64,000 bases of DNA from a virus: the IMG/VR virus record IMGVR_UViG_3300001278_000001, positions 588-64,587 of that record; one strand, 5' to 3'. This document shows, one piece after another, positions 58,749 to 64,000 of this stretch. A program made the translations under genes and the position numbers. Position 1 is the stretch's first letter, and every line of letters starts with the position of its first letter. Under the pieces are notes generated by a model, which did not search any database, was not told the DNA's origin, and was given only the letters and a program-made list of their open reading frames with translations.

Positions 58749-59276
58749 ATGAAATCTACACCAAAAGTACACGAAAATTTATCATTAGAAAACATTGAAG
58801 GAGAAATTTGGAAAGATATTCCAAATTACGAAGGTTATTATCAATTGGTTTTGCGTACTTCTTTTGATAAGGATGGATATTTAAGATTAACATTATCTAG
58901 AAATGGAAAAAGGAAAAATTTAAAAAACTACAAATTAGTTGCTGTTACTTTTTTAAACCACACTTTTGAAAAGTCTAAAAAAGTTGTCGACCACAAGGAC
59001 AATAACAAGTTAAACAATCATGTAGATAACTTGCAGATTATTTCTTCAAGATTAAATTCTTCAAAAGACAGGAAGAATAAAACATCAAAATATACAGGTG
59101 TTAGTTGGAAAAGATCTATAAACAGGTGGATTTCTTCTATAATATTTAATGGTAAATGTATTCATTTAGGTTGTTTTAAAGAAGAAGAAATTGCCTCTAC
59201 TTATTATCAAAATGCTTTGATAGCAATTAAAAATGGAACAGAAATAGTTAGATGCACTCAAAGAACAAGAAAATGA
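58749..59276 (+). mobile_element. NUMOD4-HNH-AP2-like homing endonuclease gene, inserted antisense in the tail cluster
   Basis: EIWKDIPNYEGYYQ, VVDHKDNNKLNNHVDNLQ, SKYTGVSW. Confidence 0.75.
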
Positions 59277-59476
59277 TAAAAAGATTTTTTTTATACAATA
59301 TTATTTTTTGGAGAATACATAAAATAAAACGGTCTCACTTGGGTTTTATGGATATAGATCGTAAAATATATTATGAATATGTGATACGGCATATTATAAC
59401 TAATAAAATACTGGATCATACAGGATGGGGTTCTGAAATGACTCAAGAATCAATTATTTGTTGTAATAAATGTTAG
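59252..59476 (+). CDS. Hypothetical protein
   Basis: ORF track. Confidence 0.45.
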   Translation: MHSKNKKMIKRFFLYNIIFWRIHKIKRSHLGFMDIDRKIYYEYVIRHIITNKILDHTGWGSEMTQESIICCNKC

Positions 59477-59482
59477 TCATAA

Positions 59483-60349
59483 TTACTGGTTATAGCGAAG
59501 TGAAACAGACTTTACTATTTGACCTAGAGATATTTTATCTGATAGTAATCCTTCTGCTCTGTTTTTTTCTGTTTTATACTCTCTTTTAAATCTTTCAATT
59601 CTGCTTTCAGGAACGCGACTATTACCTTCAACATATTTCCATTTGATCCAGTTTGTAACAACAAGCTCAAGAGCATCGGGTATTTTCACATCACAATCTG
59701 ATATATTTTCTAATCCTGCTGATTGAAATTCAATAACAACTGGCTTGTCTACCAAATCTTCACTAAATTCAAAATAAGATCCTGATTTTATTGGTTTAAC
59801 CCAACTATCAATATACATCGAATTTTTACTGGCGTTCATTTTATTTCTTATGTGGTCATTTATTGAGTGGTAATATTTTGTATGTTGGCAACATTCAACT
59901 TTAACTTTACAATGACCTGCTTCTTGAGCATCAAAACTAGCCCCTTCTAATACTTGACCTTCACAATCATAAATTAATTCATATTCGTGATCCTGTAAAT
60001 AATCTTTTATCTGAGGACTATTGTTTACCGATAAGGGAACTATATTGCCACTATCATTAAGAACGGAAACCCTAGTCCAGTTTGTCATATATCTTGGAAA
60101 GGGAAACATTTTTGATGGGGGAACTTGTATGCTTATTGCTTTATCTTCACTTTTAAGGTCTACTTGTAGCTTCTTTAACCCTTGTTTTCCTAGAATAGAA
60201 GCGGTAAATCTCTTCATATTTTTAAAGAAACTATCGTCTGTTGCTGTTAAGATAATATTATCTATAACGTCCTGCAAAGTTACACATCCTGAACCACCCC
60301 AATTTTCGGGGTTTTCGTAATACTGCTGATCTGTTAGTTCTTTTGCCAT
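59483..60349 (-). CDS. Tail ring/adaptor protein
   Basis: LTDQQYYENPENWG...KAISIQVPPSKMFPFPRYMTNWTRVS; position before the nozzle gene. Confidence 0.62.
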   Translation of the reverse strand: MAKELTDQQYYENPENWGGSGCVTLQDVIDNIILTATDDSFFKNMKRFTASILGKQGLKKLQVDLKSEDKAISIQVPPSKMFPFPRYMTNWTRVSVLNDSGNIVPLSVNNSPQIKDYLQDHEYELIYDCEGQVLEGASFDAQEAGHCKVKVECCQHTKYYHSINDHIRNKMNASKNSMYIDSWVKPIKSGSYFEFSEDLVDKPVVIEFQSAGLENISDCDVKIPDALELVVTNWIKWKYVEGNSRVPESRIERFKREYKTEKNRAEGLLSDKISLGQIVKSVSLRYNQ

Positions 60350-61047
60350 TATTCTTTATTTTCTAGTTGAGCGTCTTGAGCTTGTTCTTGATTAGCTGTT
60401 TGAGTTGCGTTAAATTCTCTTAAGTATATTGATGCGTCTTCAAAAACTAAAGATATAAGATCATCATAAAAATTCTCAGGCATATCTACATCTTGAAAAT
60501 CATTAGAATCAGGATTAAACATTGCTTTTCCTTGAAAGTCAACGTATGTCCATTTTGCTGTTTTTGGCTTTCTTAAATAGTGTAAATCTATTTTCTGAAT
60601 ACTAGTAGGGGATACTTTTAATTTTTGTCCTACTTTACTGCATACAGGAGAGCATTCTGATGGCTTGGCGTATTTGTTTCTTTGTAGATCTAAAAAGTCA
60701 TTAAAATGAATTTTATCAATTCTAGTTGTGCCTTTAAAAACATCTTCTGCAAACTCAAAATCATTTGGGAATAAAAATATTCCTTTACCACCTTGTTCTT
60801 GAGAAACTTCTTCTTCGGTTGAATAAAATTCTAAAAGTTGTCTAGTGTGTTCTGATAAGTTTGCTAAATCTCTTCCATCTAGCATCCAATTCATTTTTCT
60901 AACATTTGTTTTTAAATCAGTGAAAAGTTGATCGTAAAGTTTTCGAATCTCTTTGTTTAAAAACAAATTATAGTGCATAGGTCTTAAATACCCAAGCTGT
61001 TCTTTGTTCAACATTGCTTGTACAGTAGAAAAAATCGCATCTATCAT
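60349..61047 (-). CDS. Tail ring/adaptor protein
   Basis: TVQAMLNKEQLGYLRPMHYNLF...HYLRKPKTAKWTY...DFQDVDM. Confidence 0.65.
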   Translation of the reverse strand: MIDAIFSTVQAMLNKEQLGYLRPMHYNLFLNKEIRKLYDQLFTDLKTNVRKMNWMLDGRDLANLSEHTRQLLEFYSTEEEVSQEQGGKGIFLFPNDFEFAEDVFKGTTRIDKIHFNDFLDLQRNKYAKPSECSPVCSKVGQKLKVSPTSIQKIDLHYLRKPKTAKWTYVDFQGKAMFNPDSNDFQDVDMPENFYDDLISLVFEDASIYLREFNATQTANQEQAQDAQLENKE

Positions 61048-61107
61048 TACTAAAGGTTTTAAACAAATATATGGATTTTAAAGTGTTGAATATTTTGTAA
61101 ATAGTAA

Positions 61108-61142
61108 TAAAAAAAGGCATCAACTGTTATGTTGATGCCTTT
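61108..61142 (-). terminator. Intrinsic terminator
   Basis: AAAGGCATCAAC-6nt-GTTGATGCCTTT with a U-tract on the minus strand. Confidence 0.8.
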
Positions 61143-61164
61143 ATGTATATTATAAGTAAGCTAA

Positions 61165-61455
61165 TTATTTAGCTTTTCCTTTTTTATAGGCTTTAATATC
61201 TTCTTCTGAAAGATAGCCTTTTACATTGTTTTCATCAATAGTAAGGTATCCTTTAGGCTTAGGATTGAATTTATTTAAGAAACCTTGAGTTACAGAAACA
61301 TCTTCATATCCTTTGGAAAATGTTAATATTGCTCCTTCTGTGGTTTGCTTAATTAAAACAATCTTATTGGCTCTAATTTCACTAGTAGTGCTGTAAATTG
61401 GAATTGCTTTAGGTTTTTTTTTGGTTGACATAATATTTATTTTAAAGTGAATCAA
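61165..61455 (-). CDS. Hypothetical protein
   Basis: ORF track. Confidence 0.55.
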   Translation of the reverse strand: MIHFKINIMSTKKKPKAIPIYSTTSEIRANKIVLIKQTTEGAILTFSKGYEDVSVTQGFLNKFNPKPKGYLTIDENNVKGYLSEEDIKAYKKGKAK

Positions 61456-62221
61456 TTTTATCGGTTAATGCGCTTAGAACTTGTCTTCCTTCTTCATCAT
61501 TTTTAAGCCAAACAGAGAATTCTATAATAGCGTCACCTGATTGAGAAGCGTTGAATATTGTTTCTTGTGAATCAGACCAAACCATTTTTTTGCCACCAAC
61601 TAAACTGATTATACCTTCTTTTAATGCTATAGTAGTAGCTAGTTTTTCTGCATTGTTTTTGTCTTGAAAGAATCTTGTCATTTTTACAATAAGATTCTTA
61701 TCATCTAATTTAAGAACACTATTTTCATCAATCTTTTTAATCAAATCAATTTTTATTTTTGATTCCGTCTTTCTTAAATAAGACTGACCTAAAAAGAAAA
61801 CAGCACAAGATATAAGGCTGTCTTTTTCAGCAGACATAACTAATCCTTTTGCTTCAAGAGTAGCTTCATATTTTTTTATCTCATAAAGCTCTTCCTCGCT
61901 AACGTTTACTTCTTTAAACACATGACCTCCATTAGCTATGTTGTCAGGATGAATTCTCATAACCTCAAGTAAACCTTTATCCTCTTCGTCTACAGTGAAG
62001 CTTCCATTTTTTATAAAGATAGGGGTTGGTCTAGGTTTTTCTTCAATCTTTTTTTGATCGTCAACAAAAATACTGTCTAATGTTTCAGAATACTGAACTT
62101 GCCTTTTTTTCTTAGTCTTACCTTTATTTGCACCTTGAGTATATTTCTCATAATACATGAAAGGTTGTTTAACAATAATTGCGTGACTTTTTTTGACTGT
62201 TTTGAAAACTATAATGCTCAT
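61442..62221 (-). CDS. Conserved structural-module protein of flavobacterial podovirus-like phages
   Basis: PTPIFIKNGSFTV...LLEVMRIHPDN...FKEVN motif; TATATTTG promoter upstream. Confidence 0.55.
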   Translation of the reverse strand: MSIIVFKTVKKSHAIIVKQPFMYYEKYTQGANKGKTKKKRQVQYSETLDSIFVDDQKKIEEKPRPTPIFIKNGSFTVDEEDKGLLEVMRIHPDNIANGGHVFKEVNVSEEELYEIKKYEATLEAKGLVMSAEKDSLISCAVFFLGQSYLRKTESKIKIDLIKKIDENSVLKLDDKNLIVKMTRFFQDKNNAEKLATTIALKEGIISLVGGKKMVWSDSQETIFNASQSGDAIIEFSVWLKNDEEGRQVLSALTDKIDSL

Positions 62222-62267
62222 AAGAAAATTCCATTTATTATAGAAACAAATATATAATTTTTTTTAC

Positions 62268-62298
62268 AAAAAAAATAGGGTTAATAAATTAACCCTAT
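62268..62298 (-). terminator. Intrinsic terminator
   Basis: ATAGGGTTAAT/ATTAACCCTAT stem plus U-tract. Confidence 0.7.
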
Positions 62299-62399
62299 CT
62301 AAAGAATAAAAAATGGAATAACGTTTTTCAAAAAACCGTCAAGCAATAATAATGAATATCAATTCCATTGTTTTGAGTTAGTGGTAATGCGTAAGACTT

Positions 62400-62669
62400 T
62401 TATAAAGTATTATACAATAGAATTAATTTTTCCTTATTTATTGCCGAATAAATAGTATAATTACTTTTACGTCCAAATCTGTTTTTAAATTCTTTCTTTT
62501 CTCTTTTAGAAATAGATCCGTGCCTTTTTTCTATCTCAGAAAGTCTAGTTTGAAATTTGTAAAACATACTATCAGAAATTACGTCTGAAAGAGAAAATTT
62601 ACTCCACATTAGTAAGTACCAAGCGACTTGTTGATGTTGGTTTTTCGGGTTTTTTAAGTTTGTATCCAT
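62400..62669 (-). CDS. Winged HTH protein
   Basis: QHQQVAWYLL...FQTRLSEIEKRHG...RFG...Y.IY pattern. Confidence 0.5.
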   Translation of the reverse strand: MDTNLKNPKNQHQQVAWYLLMWSKFSLSDVISDSMFYKFQTRLSEIEKRHGSISKREKKEFKNRFGRKSNYTIYSAINKEKLILLYNTL

Positions 62670-62679
62670 AGTGTTTTAT

Positions 62680-63069
62680 TTAATAAGCGATCCATTCGTT
62701 TGAATTTAATTCATCAATTGACATAAGGTGTTCTTCTGAGTTTTCTCTAACGCAATAAACTTTCCTAATATTCTGATTTAAAGGCTTGTATAGATACCAA
62801 ATGTTTTTTGACTGTTTTAGGGTTATCTTTTTGCCTGTCATTAAATGCTTTATAGCATCTGAAACATTCATTTTTTGGAAAGATCCTTTTTTATTGAACT
62901 CTTTATTATGGATAAAGTTTTCAACATCAGAATGACTAACATTTTTAAGTCTTTCTTCTAATGTTTCTCCATTATGTATTGGATGGTTTGAGTAAAGATC
63001 TCTTCTTTCAGGAGATAGTAAATATTGACCAAATTCTATTAGGTCTTTTCTGTTAAATGTAGTTACCAT
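62680..63069 (-). CDS. Two-domain protein; C-half resembles DUF2829/Tad2
   Basis: MNVSDAIKHLMTGKKITLK ... SIDELNSNEWIAY. Confidence 0.4.
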   Translation of the reverse strand: MVTTFNRKDLIEFGQYLLSPERRDLYSNHPIHNGETLEERLKNVSHSDVENFIHNKEFNKKGSFQKMNVSDAIKHLMTGKKITLKQSKNIWYLYKPLNQNIRKVYCVRENSEEHLMSIDELNSNEWIAY

Positions 63070-63121
63070 TTTTCTAAGTTTTCAATGGATTTTTTGCACT
63101 ATTGCAAAACAAATATAATAA

Positions 63122-63154
63122 AAAAAAGCCCCATACATTGTATGGGGCTTTTTT
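63122..63154. terminator. Bidirectional intrinsic terminator
   Basis: AAAAAAGCCCCATAC-ATT-GTATGGGGCTTTTTT. Confidence 0.85.
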
Positions 63155-63178
63155 AATAAATAGGTTATTATGACTATT

Positions 63179-63616
63179 TTAATCTAAGTTTAATTCGCTA
63201 AAGCATATATTTTTAAATAAGTTTTGTAACTCGTGAACACTTTTTATCCTAACATTCATTCCATATTCTGATGATGAAAGGAAAAACCACTCTAAGTTAT
63301 CTATTGCCGTGTGTAAGTAATATTCGTGATAGATAGTAAAGTAATCTTTTTTCCAATATTTAACCATTGAAGAATTTATTTCTTCAATAAAACCAAATTT
63401 TCTAAGATAATATTCATTTAAAGGTAGTGCGCACACATCATTTATGTGAGTTTTTTCTGATTCTTGCTCAGTATCAGGAACATCAAAAAAAGATAAATTT
63501 AATTCAAAATTACTTATTCCTGATACTTTTTTCACAAATCCACTTGGTAAATTAACGTTATTATTAGTAGTTATTAATTGTATGTAGTTTCCTATTCTTA
63601 AATCTGATGTATTCAT
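63179..63616 (-). CDS. Conserved Bacteroidota-phage hypothetical protein
   Basis: SDLRIGNYI...LPLNEYYLRKFGF...IKSVHELQNLF. Confidence 0.65.
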   Translation of the reverse strand: MNTSDLRIGNYIQLITTNNNVNLPSGFVKKVSGISNFELNLSFFDVPDTEQESEKTHINDVCALPLNEYYLRKFGFIEEINSSMVKYWKKDYFTIYHEYYLHTAIDNLEWFFLSSSEYGMNVRIKSVHELQNLFKNICFSELNLD

Positions 63617-63621
63617 TTTGT

Positions 63622-64000
63622 TTAATTTTCTATTAATATTTTTAACTTGGAAATCACAGCTTCTCTTTCACTATGGTATGTGCCTATATATTTCCCGTTT
63701 ATTTGTAAAGCCCATTTTTTGCCTTTCTTGTAGATGCCTTTGTGTTTACTTGTGTTAGTTTTTCTTTTGACTTGTATTTCTGTACCGTTTTTAATTGCTT
63801 TCAAGGCATTTTGATAATAATCAGAAGCAAGTTTTTCATCATCAAAAAAACCTAAATGTTTTTCTTTACCATTAATATATATAGCAGATTTCCATTTATC
63901 TCTTCCTTTTTTCCAACTGACACCAACATATTTACTAGAGAATCCTTTTTTGTCTTTAGATGAGTTTTTCCTATTTGTTATTAGTTGAAGGTTATTGACT
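63622..64000 (-). mobile_element. HNH-AP2-like homing endonuclease, 3' part (frame open to the right window edge)
   Basis: Hand translation VNNLQLITNRKNSSKDK...SKYVGVSWKK...YYQNALKAIKNGTEI; paralog of 58749-59276. The track's 60-aa ORF is only its tail. Confidence 0.75.

Overview
The whole window is a low-GC, densely packed tailed-phage genome segment with no host genes and no integrase in view. The host is very likely Bacteroidota (Flavobacteriaceae-like), based on TAnnTTTG promoters, A-rich leaders without Shine-Dalgarno, a DUF3127 SSB and a T9SS-type sorting domain. The portal, terminase and tail-ring set resembles the podovirus-like flavobacterial phages distantly related to crAss-like phages (inference). 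Layout: 1-16.5 kb is a leftward early/replication-recombination arm (initiator, DnaC-like loader, SMC-like ATPase, HIRAN-exonuclease, ClpX-like ATPase, ERF, HU, many small ORFs). 16.5-17.4 kb is a non-coding divergence region, possibly the genome end. 17.4-24.1 kb is a rightward accessory arm (exonuclease, acyl carrier protein). 24.4-27.2 kb holds NinG, SSB and dUTPase. 28-62 kb is the leftward late arm (lysis, tail fibres, portal, terminase, a 2542-aa polyvalent ejection protein, tail nozzle and rings). The most striking signals are non-coding: (i) three covarying pistol self-cleaving ribozymes that punctuate the early operon at gene junctions, and (ii) a 180-nt tRNA-like RNA with intact acceptor, D and T arms but a 130-nt structured insert in place of the anticodon arm, lying directly upstream of a stripped-down ClpX-like ATPase. 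A signal-peptide plus T9SS-sorting-domain-only protein lies just downstream of one ribozyme. All protein calls are by motif recognition; no database searches were run.
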